Assembly: GCF_001194135.2 (NCBI RefSeq)
Contig: NC_068983.1
Coordinates: forward strand, 18,694,403 to 18,758,402
DNA length: 64,000 nt
Direction of reading: 5' to 3'
Origin: Octopus bimaculoides
Taxonomy: Eukaryota
Part shown: positions 12,247 through 26,070 of the stretch, piece after piece
Position numbering within the stretch: position 1 is the stretch's first letter
How the letters are laid out: each line of letters begins with the position of its first letter
Translations under genes and position numbers: made by a program
The notes under the pieces: model-generated
Seen by the model: the letters and a program-made list of their open reading frames with translations, nothing else
Told to the model about the DNA's origin: nothing
Databases searched by the model: none

Positions 12247-13390
12247 CATGCTGACGTAATTATTTACATGCACACAGAAGGTAGCGCATACGTATAAACG
12301 CAATACATTTACATATGCGTGTACGTTAATGTGTGCATATGTATAGATATATGTGTGTGTGCGCGTGGAATTACAGATTAAAAAAAATATATATAGTTAG
12401 GTATGAATATATTTCTATGTATCAGATATTCGTCTTCAGCTTAACAATCAAGATGGATTGAATATTCTCATTAAACTTAGGCATCGATTGCCATTCTTGC
12501 TTTCGGCTATAAATTCCAGGGTTCATTATTCGAAAAAATATGAACAAAAACGTATGTAGAGTTATATATACTGTTGTATAAACCATTAGTCCTAAAATCC
12601 TAAATCAATAATTCTGAACTTATTCAAAATAATAGAAAATAGCAAGGACAGCTCAATCAAAAACTTCCAATTCAATCTCCTTCATCGAATGAATACGTTT
12701 GCTTTGTTTATCGAAGAAACCTTTTTGTCAAATTTACACTAAGAACAAACATCCCTAATGATTTTTATTTTGTTTATTCATTTACTCCTTAACTGATATC
12801 AATCATTTGACTGCTTCCATAAGGTAGTAATGCCTTTACGTAACTACGTCAATGACAATCACCTTAATACTTATTTAATGGGAGTTTTCTAGAGTAGTTG
12901 TTCTAAACTTTACCGATTAGTTAACTACGCTATTTGTACCAAAACTACTGGTAGACATAGGATAAGTTACAGATACTCCACTATACACACGCACAAGCAC
13001 TACATGAACATACAGACATTTATATATATACACTGTTCCTTTCATCTACAACCACATCTGGATAACTGTCTTTTTCTATAAAGAAAACATTATTAAAATC
13101 ACGATGACCCAATTTGCTTTATATACGTAATATGTACAACATCAAGCAGTTTCCCGATAGGTTATTTCTTTTGATTCATCAACACAAATTCTATGTCATT
13201 ATGGCATTAATATGCAGCAAGTGCTGTAACTCTTTGTACAATAAATAACTTATAATATTAAATTTATATACCAGAGATTGGAGTTCAAAAACAGATAAGT
13301 CAAACAGGTGTTAGTAACAGTTTACCGTGCAGGCTATATATTCCATTTAGTTCCATACATGCATGATGGCGATACGATAGTAAAGTTATT

Positions 13391-13613
13391 TATGTCTTTA
13401 TTGCCCACAGGGCAATAGAGGGAACAAACATAGAGTGAGCAAACAAGGACAGACAAATGTATTAAGCCGATTACATCGACCCCAGTGCGTAACTGCTACT
13501 TATTTAATCGACTCCGAAAGGATGAAAGGCAAAGGCGGAATTTGAACTCAGAACGTAACGGCAGACGAAATACCGCTAAGCCTTTCGCCCGGCGTGCTAA
13601 CGTTTCTGCCAGC
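13391..13613 (-). mobile_element. tRNA-derived SINE, 5'-truncated, with a 15-bp target-site duplication
   Basis: Reverse complement matches 58270-58468 closely. Flanked by GATAGTAAAGTTATT at 13376-13390 and 13614-13628. Confidence 0.85.
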
Positions 13614-15356
13614 GATAGTAAAGTTATTGTGTGTTCGACGTCCATGTTTGTCTAGAAGAATTATACTAAATATTAGTGCCTATGATATGTATAGGAAGTA
13701 AGAACATTTATACTAATAATTATTGAATTTTAGATTAAAGCGTAGTACATATATAAAGTGATAATTAGCTATGTTTTCATATACGAGCATACATATTTTC
13801 CTGCTCGTGATTTCAGGGAAATTCCCACTCACCCTTTCAATAATGTTTCGGGCACACTCATTCGCGTAAGCACGCATATAATGTGTTCTCTCAAGTTGCA
13901 TAAGCCTTCTGCTGTACATAGTTTCGTAATTGTGCAAACGTAGCCAAGTGTATTAGTATAGTTTTTCTTTCATTTCTGACATTATCAATTACATTCTGCA
14001 TGCAGAAAGACGGGATGTAAGCTGCATCATATATCATTCCAAAACTTGGTGGGGTGGAAGACGGAGTAGAAATAAAATGAATTAAAAAAGAAAATAGAAT
14101 ATATTATACAAAGTAAATATATACAAAGTGGTCATCTACAAAGCAATTTTTCACGAATATTTTCATAATTCATCTTACGTTCGATTTAAACACTTATATT
14201 TGAGAACATCTCACAAGGTGACATGTTACCAAATACAAATATATCCATAACCATTCCCTTATTTCAACGGCAATACACGCATATAACCAAACCCTTGTAC
14301 AATTAACTCAGTCTCCTAAGAGCAGCAAGTCCTACATGAAAAACTTCGAATGAATCTTTGCTAAGAAAGACTAAAAGTTTGGAAAATAGACCTGGAAATT
14401 TGAATTACTATATTAAAGGTCCAAAGTTATATTTAGGCACATCGCATATTGGGCATAACAATGTTAATAAAAATATCTTCCAAACTTATGGCCACGACTG
14501 TATATCAAGAAAGCAATATTGTTCTTCGCATTTTCTTTCCTTCGAAAATACAAGCTTAACATCATTCCAATCGCAACAAATGTTAGGACTATATTAAACT
14601 TGACAAAATTGTTAACAATGATACGCATACAACAGAGATTAGAGCACATTATAATAAGAAACCTTGAAATTCATGGTCAGAGAGTAATTAATATGTGATC
14701 AGATAGTTCCCTGATGTTAGCATATCTTCTATTAAAGATGTGGTCGTGCTTCCATATTTTAATATTGTAATTGATAATGCGATAGTTAGTCAAACTTGCA
14801 CCTGAAACAAGTCTATTAGACTGACTTTTAAGAAAGACGTATACAACACAGTTCTTGCTCGTATTGCTTGGAGGGATGCATATCTTACTGCTTGACGTAA
14901 AACTGAGTGAAATATGAAGATTCAGAAAATAAATAATATAATTGAATGAAGTATAGTAAAGCAAATCCTAACAAATACCTTACACTATCTTAGACTTGAT
15001 AGCAAATAGATTCAATTTTAAAATTATAAAATATTTTTGTTATATTGTCAAAATGAAGTATATTAAAATGGTCTGAATATGTCTGATTTTGAACACATAG
15101 CGACAATTTTCATCACGACCCGCAGTGATAGCATGTAGCGAGAATGTTCTTTGAAAATACATCAATATTTCAATGGATATATGTGTAAAAGGTTGGGATA
15201 AGTATATTCTAAACGGAAATATTGAGAGAAAGTATTACGTTATTTATATCAGTTGAGTCCTGATTGAATATAAGTTAGAACTATAAACAACTGATGTTGT
15301 TAACTGTAAAACCTTAGAATAACTTCAAGCAAGTACCCAACCTAGGAATATTGTTA

Positions 15357-15425
<69 letters not shown>
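15357..15425. repeat. (TAA)n tract abutting the 5'-truncated end of a Dong-type LINE
   Basis: Direct inspection. Confidence 0.95.
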
Positions 15426-15426
<1 letters not shown>

Positions 15427-17395
15427 GTCTCCCTACGATCTACAAAGCCTTGACTGCAATAATATCGCAGAGATTGAGTAAGCACCTGGAAAATAACANN
15501 NNNNNNNNNNNNNNNNNNNNNNNNNNNNNNNNNNNNNNNNNNNNNNNNNNNNNNNNNNNNNNNNNNNNNNNNNNNNNNNNNNNNNNNNNNNNNNNNNNNN
15601 NNNNNNNNNNNNNNNNNNNNNNNNNNNNNNNNNNNNNNNNNNNNNNNNNNNNNNNNNNNNNNNNNNNNNNNNNNNNNNNNNNNNNNNNNNNNNNNNNNNN
15701 NNNNNNNNNNNNNNNNNNNNNNNNNNNNNNNNNNNNNNNNNNNNNNNNNNNNNNNNNNNNNNNNNNNNNNNNNNNNNNNNNNNNNNNNNNNNNNNNNNNN
15801 NNNNNNNNNNNNNNNNNNNNNNNNNNNNNNNNNNNNNNNNNNNNNNNNNNNNNNNNNNNNNNNNNNNNNNNNNNNNNNNNNNNNNNNNNNNNNNNNNNNN
15901 NNNNNNNNNNNNNNNNNNNNNNNNNNNNNNNNNNNNNNNNNNNNNNNNNNNNNNNNNNNNNNNNNNNNNNNNNNNNNNNNNNNNNNNNNNNNNNNNNNNN
16001 NNNNNNNNNNNNNNNNNNNNNNNNNNNNNNNNNNNNNNNNNNNNNNNNNNNNNNNNNNNNNNNNNNNNNNNNNNNNNNNNNNNNNNNNNNNNNNNNNNNN
16101 NNNNNNNNNNNNNNNNNNNNNNNNNNNNNNNNNNNNNNNNNNNNNNNNNNNNNNNNNNNNNNNNNNNNNNNNNNNNNNNNNNNNNNNNNNNNNNNNNNNN
16201 NNNNNNNNNNNNNNNNNNNNNNNNNNNNNNNNNNNNNNNNNNNNNNNNNNNNNNNNNNNNNNNNNNNNNNNGTATTTAGGAGTCAATGAACTAGGTAGGA
16301 TACAACATACACAAATGAAAGAAAAAATAAAGAAAGAGTACTATAGACGAGGTAGATCAATACTAAAAACAGAGCTCAATGCTAAAAACAAGATAATGGG
16401 TATCAACACTTTAGCTGTCCCAGTTATAAGCTACAGCTACAACATCCTTAACTGGACACTAAACGAACTATCTAAAATAGACAGGAAAACAAGAAAAATA
16501 ATGACAGGATATAGGATGCACCACCCAAAATCTGACATAGAAAGGCTATATATACAACATACAGAAGGTGGCAGGGGTCTTATACAGCTAGAGAACTATT
16601 ATGAAATAACAACCATAGGACTGCAAAAATACCTACTCCAGAAGCAAGGAAAATTAATACAAATAGCCACAAAACACGAGGAAAACAAAAAACTGTTTTC
16701 AGTATTTANNNNNNNNNNATAGCCACAAAACACGAGGAAAACAAAAAACTGTTTTCAGTATTTAAGGAAGCTGACAAATACAAACAAGAAATCAATCTAC
16801 CTAACAAATACACAGAAGAAGAAGAAGAAGAAGAAACAGCAAAAGTTATAAAACAAATGAAATCCAAACTAAAACTAGAACAGCAACGGACCATGATAAA
16901 ACGATGGCAAGAAAAGCCCCTACATATTAAATACTGGGCTAAACTAAATGCAAAAGAAATAGACAGAGAAAAATCCCAGTAATCGTTGAGAAGCTCAGGA
17001 CTCAAAGCAGAGACTGACGGATTTTTAATTGCTGCACAAGTCCAAAGCCTCCCCACCAGAATTTACCAAAAACACATAATGAAAACAAACATAACAAGTA
17101 ACTGTAGAATATGTGGAGATGGACAAGAAACAATAAATCATATTATCTCTGGCTGCCCAGTCCTGGCTAAGAAGGAATATATTCACAGACATGACAGAGC
17201 TGGGACCTATATACACTGGAAACTATGCCAACACTATGGAATAATAACAGGAAAAAGATGGTATAAACACATGCCAGAAAAGGTCACAGAAAACGAGAAA
17301 GCAACCATACTCTGGGATATGCCAATGCACACAGATAGAGAAATTAAGGCAAATAGACCAGATATAGTTGTCAAAGACCATGAAGAAAACAAATG
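15426..17395 (+). mobile_element. R4/Dong-type LINE, younger subfamily A, 5'-truncated (RT to start of RLE; gap 15499-16271)
   Basis: LPTIYKALTAIISQRLSKHLENN; ORF 16315-16722 (KKEYYRRGRSILKTELNAKNKI..MHHPKSDIERLY..GGRGLIQLE); ORF 16986-17492 (GLKAETDGFLIAAQ..CRICGDGQETINHIISGCPVLA..ILWDMP..KANRPDIVVKD). Confidence 0.9.
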
Positions 17396-19340
17396 CCATC
17401 AAAAGAAGTGGAGGAATTTTGGAATAAAATTGGGCAGAAGAAAATACACCTTAACAAGGTCTCTTGGATTAATAGAATATCTACTCACTTAGACTCCTCA
17501 GGAAGGCAAGCAAAAGGAAGTCTCCAGGAATGGATAAAAGTTTCTAACTTCTGGTTGAATGTCTTCGCAGACAGCCATGAACTACTAACAAAACTTTACA
17601 ACATTTTTTTGCAACAGCCTAGTATGATTCCCTCTTGGATACTTAATGGTGTTATATTCTTATTTCAGAAAAAAAAAATGAAGGAACAGATGAGCAAAAC
17701 ATTAATGACCCCATAATCTGCTTAACAACAATGTATAAAATACTAACGTCTATCTTGACTGAATACACCTATAGTTTTTTCATAAAAAGTGGCATATTCC
17801 CTAATGAGCGAAATGGATTTAAACGTTGGTCCTATTCTCGTAAAGATCAGCTACTTATCAGTAAGATGATGTTAGAAGATTGTCAAAAACGACAGAAAAA
17901 CTTTTTCGATAGCCTTGTTAGACTATAAAAAAGCTTTTGATGGTCTGCCACATAGCTGTATTAATAAACGTGTGGAAATTTATAAAATATCACCTAGTCT
18001 GCAAAACGTCTAGTCTTTAATATGAGATCACACACCGATTTGAATAGTGACAATGAATCTCTCAATGCTGGAGATGTAAGAATTTCATGTGGAATTTTCC
18101 AGGGTGACTCTCTATCACCAATCCACTTTTATGTAGCATTAATACTCCTCTCGGAATTGATCGATGATGTAGATGGCTATAAAACTTTCGCTAAATATAT
18201 AAACCATCTCTTTTACATGGATGATTTAAAGCTCTTATCAAAACATGATCCACAACTACAGGGATTACTAGCACTTGTTAAAAAATTCAGTGATGACATC
18301 AGTTTGCAATTTGTCCTCGATAAATGTGCAAAAGCTGCCTTTATCAAAGGAAAAATGACAGAAACATCCAACGTTAATCTTGAGCAGCAGAATATCATAT
18401 ATGAGTTAGACCAGTGGAGAGCTACAAACACCAAGGGGTATATGAAGTTCATGGAATCGAACATTCAATGATGAGGGAAATGATCAGAAGAAAATGTTAT
18501 CGCAGGGTAAGGGCAATACTCAAGACAGAGCTGAATGCAAGAAATAGGATCGAAGCGATCAATACTTTAGCCAAACCGGTCGTGACTTACAGTTTCTATA
18601 TCATTATCTGGTCAATTAATGAAAAGGCTATCTTGACAGAAAAATAGGAAAATTGTTGACAATGCATTGAATGCACCATCCTAAGACAGAAATAGAACAA
18701 CTTTACCTGCCAAGAAAGAGGTTGGCAGTGGACGTTTACAACTAGAATTAACAATGAAGATTGCTACAATTGGACTAAGCACCTACCTGAAACACTGTGA
18801 TGACTGGATGTTAAAACGTGTCTTAAATCACGAAAACAAGAAAGCATCACACTCAGTAACAAGTGAATTCCAAACACAACAAATTTCAGAATTAGACGTA
18901 CGGGAAACAAACAGAAACAAACTACGCGTATGAAAACTTGCGCTAAAAGTGCCACCCTAGATATCCTTAGTGATAAATGGCAAGCTAAACCTCTCAATGG
19001 CAAATACCCAACGAGCTAATAATGCCGAAGTTGACAAAGCACTTATCCATTAATGGTTAGTGTCTTCTGGCTTAAAATCAGATACAGAAGGGTTTCTCCT
19101 AGCAGTTCAAGATCAATGTCTACCTACATGGAGCTCTCAGCCCAACATATAAACGAACGGCAGTAGACCAACAGATCGTGTATGTAAACAACAAAATGAA
19201 ACCATTGATCATGTTGTCTCCTTGTGTAGTCTTCTTGCGTCTACGGAGTATCTTAATAGGCATGATAAAGCGGCACAGTATATACACTGGGTAATTTGCA
19301 AAACCCGCGACCTGCCCCACGATAAAAACTGGTGACAACG
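17396..19340 (+). mobile_element. R4/Dong-type LINE, older subfamily B fragment (complete but degenerate RT domain to zinc knuckle)
   Basis: PSKEVEEFWNK; MYKILTSIL; KDQLLISK; DYKKAFD; GIFQGDSLSP (~18090-18120); LFYMDDLKL (YMDD 18214-18225); LDKCAK; RVRAILKTELNARNRIEAINTLA; GLKSDTEGFLLAVQDQCL; VCKQQNETIDHVVSLC. Many stops and frameshifts. Confidence 0.9.
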
Positions 19341-19359
19341 TTACACCGAGTAGGCTCAG

Positions 19360-20655
19360 AGTTTCTGATCTAGCTCCAGCCTGTCGATATCCAGAAAGGG
19401 TTCACCACACACTGCCTAGATGGAGCAAGCACATTAATGCTGTGGTCATGGAGTGGTACTACCTGAGCAGCCCGGTAGATGAAAATCGTGCTCAAATTAG
19501 GGGTTACCGACAACGTATATATGATCATTGGAGAGAAAAGTGATTGTTTCAACTCACTGAGCAGAGACTATGTGATCAATATAGAGCAATAATAAAACAA
19601 TATGTTGGTTTACAGAAGTAGAGGTCGAAGCTATCAAAAGACGGGTCAGGAAAAATAGCAGTAGAGGTAACAATGAAAATAGAGATCTTACTAATAAGAA
19701 CAATATCAGAGCACAGGAAAGGAACGGTGGTAGTTTATTGATGAGAGACATATAGATGATCTAAAAGAAGACAATAACACTAATAGCTACATGACAGATG
19801 AACAAAAGGCAACCTACGACAGATTATATGTAAGACTACAGGAGAAAGATAGCGACATTATTTGCAAACTTAAAATGGTTGATCGATGGAAACTGAACCA
19901 AAAAACGAAAGATGTCAATGAAATTCTGAAATACATCACAACAAACTACATCTCAGAAACAAATAATTTGATCAAGGCAGCAAGTACTGTTGTAGCAGAA
20001 AATGTGGGTGTTGATGTCAAGAAAGAGAAACATAATGGGAGTGGCAAAAGAAAAGATCCATGGTGGAAAAGAAGAATCCAGGCAGGGTTAGACATGTTCT
20101 CGAAGGAAAGCTCTGTGGAAGACCGAAAAGAGAAAGGGGAGCTTAAAAGCGAACAAAAATGCCGGGCGCTGAAAAGGAAGTATAACATTGAAAGAAAGGG
20201 CCTGAAAGTAGTAGTGGAGGAACTGAAACAACGCCTAGTTGCAAAGAAAGCAAAGATGGTAAGATACGACCAAATAATGAAGGGTCACCACCAGAATAGA
20301 TTAATCAAAGTAGATCAGAAGAGAATCTATAAAGAAATAAATGGAGAGTGTGCAGATGAAAACCTGGTACCAAATAGCATTGAAGCCAAAGGTTTTGGAG
20401 TGACATCTGGAGCAAAGACAAGGAGCACAAGAAGGATGCTGAATGGTTGCAAGAAATGAAACAAACAGTAGTCTGTCGAAAACAAGCAGAACTAGTCTTT
20501 TCAGTTAGGGAAGTGAAGAGTATTAGCAAAAGCATGAGCAACTGGAAGGCTTCGGGACCAGATGTAGTTCAAGCTACTGGATCAAAAGATTTGATGAATG
20601 TCATGCACGAATAGCTGCGCAACTCAACACCTTGTTAAATGCCCAAGAAATCACT
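19360..20655 (+). mobile_element. R4/Dong-type LINE N-terminal (pre-RT) fragment, degenerate
   Basis: RWSKHINAVVMEWYY..GYRQRIYDHW..LTEQRLCDQ; ORF 19791-20459 (KDPWWKRRIQ..EELKQRLVAKKAKMVRYD..QNRLIKVDQKRIYKEIN); SMSNWKASGPDVVQ near 20530-20575. Confidence 0.8.
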
Positions 20656-20998
20656 GTTGTTATAGGCCTTTTACTTCAATGAACTAAAAGAAATTCGATA
20701 ATGCACGTTTTATCTTAAGAAAATATTAACATGCAGCTGTTCATAGATGAGCTATATATAGATAGTTATAGTTAAACTCAAGATCTCAACGCCTACTCAA
20801 GATGACCTTTTATCAATACAAGGTATTCTACTCCTACGTCGACTTCATGTCTCTCCAAAAGTATATATAATTGCAGCAGAATTTACTTTATACGTATTGC
20901 ATTTCTTTCACTCAAAATCTGAGACAGAACAAAATTCCTTATCTCAAAATACGTGTTTTTTCAAGCAGCAAGTAATTGCTGTCAATCATTTTCAAATA

Positions 20999-21001
<3 letters not shown>

Positions 21002-21075
<74 letters not shown>
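21002..21075. repeat. (CT)n microsatellite
   Basis: Direct inspection. Confidence 0.95.
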
Positions 21076-21080
<5 letters not shown>

Positions 21081-22889
21081 ATCTGTCTTTTTTTCTTTCT
21101 CTCTCGCAATGTCTTCCTCTCTGTCTATCCTGACCTAAAAAAATGTTAAACGACAAGGGAGATAATTATTGATTATAATATACCAAAAAGAAAACATGGC
21201 TGTCATAGAAATGATGTTATGTGAACGATAAATTAATGACTGACAAAAGCATCTATTAGCACGTGTGAACGTTGTTTGAGATCTCTGAATTTATAACTCT
21301 GAATAAATGTCTTTGTAAAATCTGTGCAGATTCTTCTACATTACTCCACATCCTCTTACTATCATACACAACTCATCTATCTAAATATTCGATATGTTGG
21401 GAAAACAACACTTTTATCAAGAAAGGTAATATACACAAGAAACAGAGTCGTGTTCTATCACATGTTCACTTAGAATATGTTGCGAAATAAAGATTTAGCA
21501 AATGCAATTATAAACGTAGAAAACAGTAAAAAAAAAAAAAAAAAAAACCNNNNNNNNNNNNNNNNNNNNNNNNNNNNNNNNNNNNNNNNNNNNNNNNNNN
21601 NNNNNNNNNNNNNNNNNNNNNNNNNNNNNNNNNNNNNNNNNNNNNNNNNNNNNNNNNNNNNNNNNNNNNNNNNNNNNNNNNNNNNNNNNNNNNNNNNNNN
21701 NNNNNNNNNNNNNNNNNNNNNNNNNNNNNNNNNNNNNNNNNNNNNNNNNNNNNNNNNNNNNNNNNNNNNNNNNNNNNNNNNNNNNNNNNNNNNNNNNNNN
21801 NNNNNNNNNNNNNNNNNNNNNNNNNNNNNNNNNNNNNNNNNNNNNNNNNNNNNNNNNNNNNNNNNNNNNNNNNNNNNNNNNNNNNNNNNNNNNNNNNNNN
21901 NNNNNNNNNNNNNNNNNNNNNNNNNNNNNNNNNNNNNNNNNNNNNNNNNNNNNNNNNNNNNNNNNNNNNNNNNNNNNNNNNNNNNNNNNNNNNNNNNNNN
22001 NNNNNNNNNNNNNNNNNNNNNNNNNNNNNNNNNNNNNNNNNNNNNNNNNNNNNNNNNNNNNNNNNNNNNNNNNNNNNNNNNNNNNNNNNNNNNNNNNNNN
22101 NNNNNNNNNNNNNNNNNNNNNNNNGGGATGTATATATACGTATGTGTGTACGTGTATGTTTGCTTGTTTGAGTCTTTTTCAGCTGTGTTACCTAGATAAA
22201 CTATTTAGATGCGTCCTGAATTATTATATTGAATCTGATGAAATTATGACAATATTTAGTCAACCCAGTGTTTCGACGATTATAAACAATTCGTCTGCAC
22301 AATATACGTGCACGTAGAAAAACAAAAAGGACCACCTACTCTCAAATTTGTACACGTTTTCTTCTAGGTTTGCACTTCACCTTCAACTATCCACAAACAC
22401 ACGGTGCATGAATCAGCTAATAATAGAGTATTTTTTAAAGCTGTTACCACGAGATTCAAGATTAAATTAATGGACATGATGATGTATCATTTCATTAATA
22501 CAATATACTATAAACATATCAGTAATTTTTGTCTTAGAAAACGCTGTTTTAAGACGCGTATATGCAATGTCAAAATAACGTTTGTGATATCATTGAATCG
22601 AGAAAATCATGATTTTATATTTTCTTTCTGGAACCAATTTTATGGTAGTTCTCTGAAATTTGCTTAACTGATTAATAACCTCAGTTCTCTCCACTTTATT
22701 AATCTCTTTTATTAAATTGTTATTAATTTGTTTTAGACTGTCTCACAATTTTAAAATTTACAAGTATTTGACAAAATAAAATGGGTAAAATACCAAAAAA
22801 AAATTTTTCGCGCATTTTCCCAATGTATCTACAAAATAGCATCTAACAAATGCACGTCTACAGATGAATTGAATTTACACTAATACTTA

Positions 22890-22942
22890 CACACAGACTC
22901 ACACACGCACACACACACACACACACACACGCGCGCGCACGC

Positions 22943-22998
<56 letters not shown>
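22890..22998. repeat. Compound (CA)n/(CG)n/(TA)n microsatellite
   Basis: Direct inspection. Confidence 0.9.
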
Positions 22999-23003
<5 letters not shown>

Positions 23004-23136
23004 GTGTATATTTAAATACATAAGAGTAATCCACTCATGGGATTCCTTACGCTAGAAAGAGCAGCTAGATTCTAAAACCTCAAAATTAGGGATAAAATCC
23101 CGAAAGGAATGAACTGAAAAATAAAAACCTTTACCA

Positions 23137-23321
23137 TCTCTTCTCCTGGACAAATTGGTTGATCCGAAAAAAATTAGGATGTATAAAAGAGAGGCATGGA
23201 ATTGATTGCCTCGTATTTATATATTTTAGTCTTCGGTGTACCGTTTGAGAACGAAATTCACCTAGCAAATTATCTTATTTGCTAAACTAAAGTAAGAAAC
23301 CAATTGGTCCAGGAGAAGAGA
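23137..23321. repeat. 24-bp inverted repeat enclosing four short hairpins (foldback element or structured RNA)
   Basis: TCTCTTCTCCTGGACAAATTGGTT (23137-23160) vs AACCAATTGGTCCAGGAGAAGAGA (23298-23321): 23/24 complementary. Confidence 0.8.
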
Positions 23322-23715
23322 CTTAAACAATTTGAGCCCAAATATATGCGTATAAAAAGAGATGTAAAATCAAAACGCTTTACTAAATAAGAGAAGTATT
23401 TCACCTTCTACTTTCCTAGTACCCTATATATATATCTGGATTCACAATACGTATCTGAGCTGCTATGATACATACTCCATATCTAAACCAAATAGTTTTC
23501 TTTAAGTATGGATGCCATTGAAACTATATAATTAGAATTGATGTAGTTTGGTATACTGAGAGGAAACATTATGTGAGGTTTTAGATGATCTGTTATCATT
23601 TGCTAACACGTGTTAAAGTATTCATTGAAACATTAGACACTACATGTATTTATAAATCTTTTGTATCAAAATTATAAAGAAAGAATTCATCTATCGTGAA
23701 AAGTAATTGTATTAT

Positions 23716-23912
23716 TTTCTAGTCTAGGCACAAGGCCCGAAATCTTTTGTTAGATCGACCCCAGTACGTAAGTGTTACTTTATTTATGGACCTCAAAAGG
23801 ATAAAAGGCAAAATCGACCCCGGCGGAATTTGAACTCAGAACGTAACGGCAAAAGAAATACCGATTAGAATATCGCCGGGCGTTCTAACGATTCTGCCAG
23901 CACGCCGTCCTA
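23716..23912 (-). mobile_element. tRNA-derived SINE copy
   Basis: ggcggaatttgaactcagaacgtaacggc...gaaataccg...ctaacgattctgccagc is homologous to the 13391 and 58260 copies. Confidence 0.8.
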
Positions 23913-25099
23913 AAATGCTATTTTGTTATTAGTTTTATTTTTATGTTACCGGAAAAAAAATCGAAAGTCTTCCCTTTCATCACTTTACATATTGTGTTGA
24001 AATGACACCGATGTTGACTCTTTCAAGATTTTGGGTTGATAAAATAAGCAATAATTGAGAGCACCCAAAAACGTGCAAAAATAAGAATGGTTCATAAGTT
24101 ATTTTCATGGATTTCAACAAATATAAAATTGAAAAGAAAATGCATGGGCTCTATATACTTTCTGCACGTTTGCAGCATATAAAATATTATATCACTGTAT
24201 ATTTCGTAAGAAGCATAACTATTGAACAATTAATGATCCTTTGACTATATTTTGCCGTCTTTTGTAAAATAGAAAGCAGTAACAATAGGGGACTCGTCAA
24301 TAATTTAACCAGTTATTGTTAGCTATTTCCACTTTGTAACCATAGATATAGTAAGGATAGGAATGTTGCAATTATTTTTGAAATTGCGGTAAAGGAAGTA
24401 AATAAGAATCCATAGGCTGCCTTCCCTAACTTACAATTTGATTTCATACATTTCATTTGTGCGTAGCGCAGAATCCCAAGTGATATTTTCCTTCAATTAC
24501 TAAGAAAAAGCGAAATGCTTTCCAAAATTAGAACACTGAAAATAAATAATAATAAAATTAGGAACTTCCTTCGGAGAATGTATTTTATATACGTAATGAA
24601 ATGTTCCACAGCTGACAGAAACGAAATTATATAGTCACTGTTTCTGTAGATTATAGAAATGATTTTTTTTTTTTTGTGGGAGTCAATCTTCCGCTATATG
24701 CTATGCTGACAACATAGGAACAGTACGTCTGAAATCTAATTAACAATCATAATTATAAAATATTCTACGATAATATAACATATATGATCTACAGCAGCAA
24801 CAAAATTGGAAATTACTGCATAATTGTCTTTCAGAGGATATAGAAAAGTATGGAAAGAGCGAAGGAAACGAAATAAAATAAAAAAAATAAACTACGCGTT
24901 TGAATGTGTGATGCTAAATGCAATTCTAGATTCACAATGTAGGAACGATCTCTTTTGTAACAACTAGGAAATGGTGATGTTACCATAAAATAAAGCATTG
25001 CTAGTAATAACGAACAAGCTCCATTAATCCATCACCTCTCTCCAACGCCAGAGATTGCAACACATACATATATTAAATTTTTTAGAGATTGCTAAATAT

Positions 25100-25318
25100 T
25101 GATTTCAAATTTTAGCACAGGGCCTGGAATTCGGAGGAGGAAGGGGGAAGTCGATTACATCTACTCCAGTGCTAAACTGGTACTTATTTTAACGACTCCG
25201 AAAGGATGAATGGCATAGACGTACTCGGTGGAATTTGACCTCAAAACACGAAGACGGATGACATGCCGTTAAGCATTTCAGCCGGCCTACTAACTATTCT
25301 ACCAGCTCGCTGCCTTTA
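25100..25318 (-). mobile_element. SINE copy (older)
   Basis: gtcgattacatc..ccagtgctaaactggtacttatttt..gaaaggatgaa..ggaatttga..ccagctcgctgcctt. Confidence 0.75.
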
Positions 25319-25515
25319 CATCACTAAATATTGAGTGTGGTTTTCTTTGTGAGGGAAAAACACAGAAAGCAGCATATTAAATGTAGTAAACTTCAATAAA
25401 TATTCTCATTTATTGATTCACATAAATGAAATATTCATATAACATGTATAGACGCATCAAATTGGGGATCGAAAAAAGCAAATTGGAGACGAGTACGAAG
25501 TAAATTATAGTGAAG

Positions 25516-25660
25516 CCAGTGCTAAATTGGTACTTATTTTATCGACACCAAGGAAGGAAAGGCAAAGTCAATGTCGACGGAATTTGAACACACATCATAA
25601 AGCGTTAAGAAATACTTCTAAGCGTTTTCTCTTATGTACCTACGATTCTGGCAGTTCACC
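25516..25660 (-). mobile_element. SINE fragment
   Basis: ccagtgctaaattggtacttattttatcgac..aaaggcaaagtc..ggaatttgaac. Confidence 0.6.
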
Positions 25661-25926
25661 CACCAATGTAGATAAATGTACAATAAAATTGTCCTGCAAA
25701 CATAGTGTCAATTTCTAATTATATTGTTTCTGTTCTTTCATAAACGCTGAAAATGTCTAATTTGACACGCATTCATTGATTTGCAATGTAGGAAGTTTGG
25801 AATTTTCTTGATAAATTTTCAGACCAGTTTCGACTGCTGTTTTCATAAGGAGGCGCCTTTATCTGAGATTATTAACGATAACATTAGCATTCATCTGTCA
25901 CTCTCGCGTTTTCATTTCTATTCGCT

Positions 25927-25927
<1 letters not shown>

Positions 25928-25985
<58 letters not shown>

Positions 25986-26070
25986 CTCTCTCTCCCTCTC
26001 TCTCTCTATTTCTCTCTCTCCTTCTCTCTCTTTCTGTTTGTCGGTGTTTTCTTTCTCCTTCTCTCTCTCC
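25928..26070. repeat. (TTTC)n/(CT)n microsatellite
   Basis: Direct inspection. Confidence 0.9.

Noticed and set aside
16660-16764. 46-bp direct repeat flanking a 10-N gap
   Set aside because: An identical overlap on both sides of a scaffold gap is almost certainly an unmerged contig overlap.
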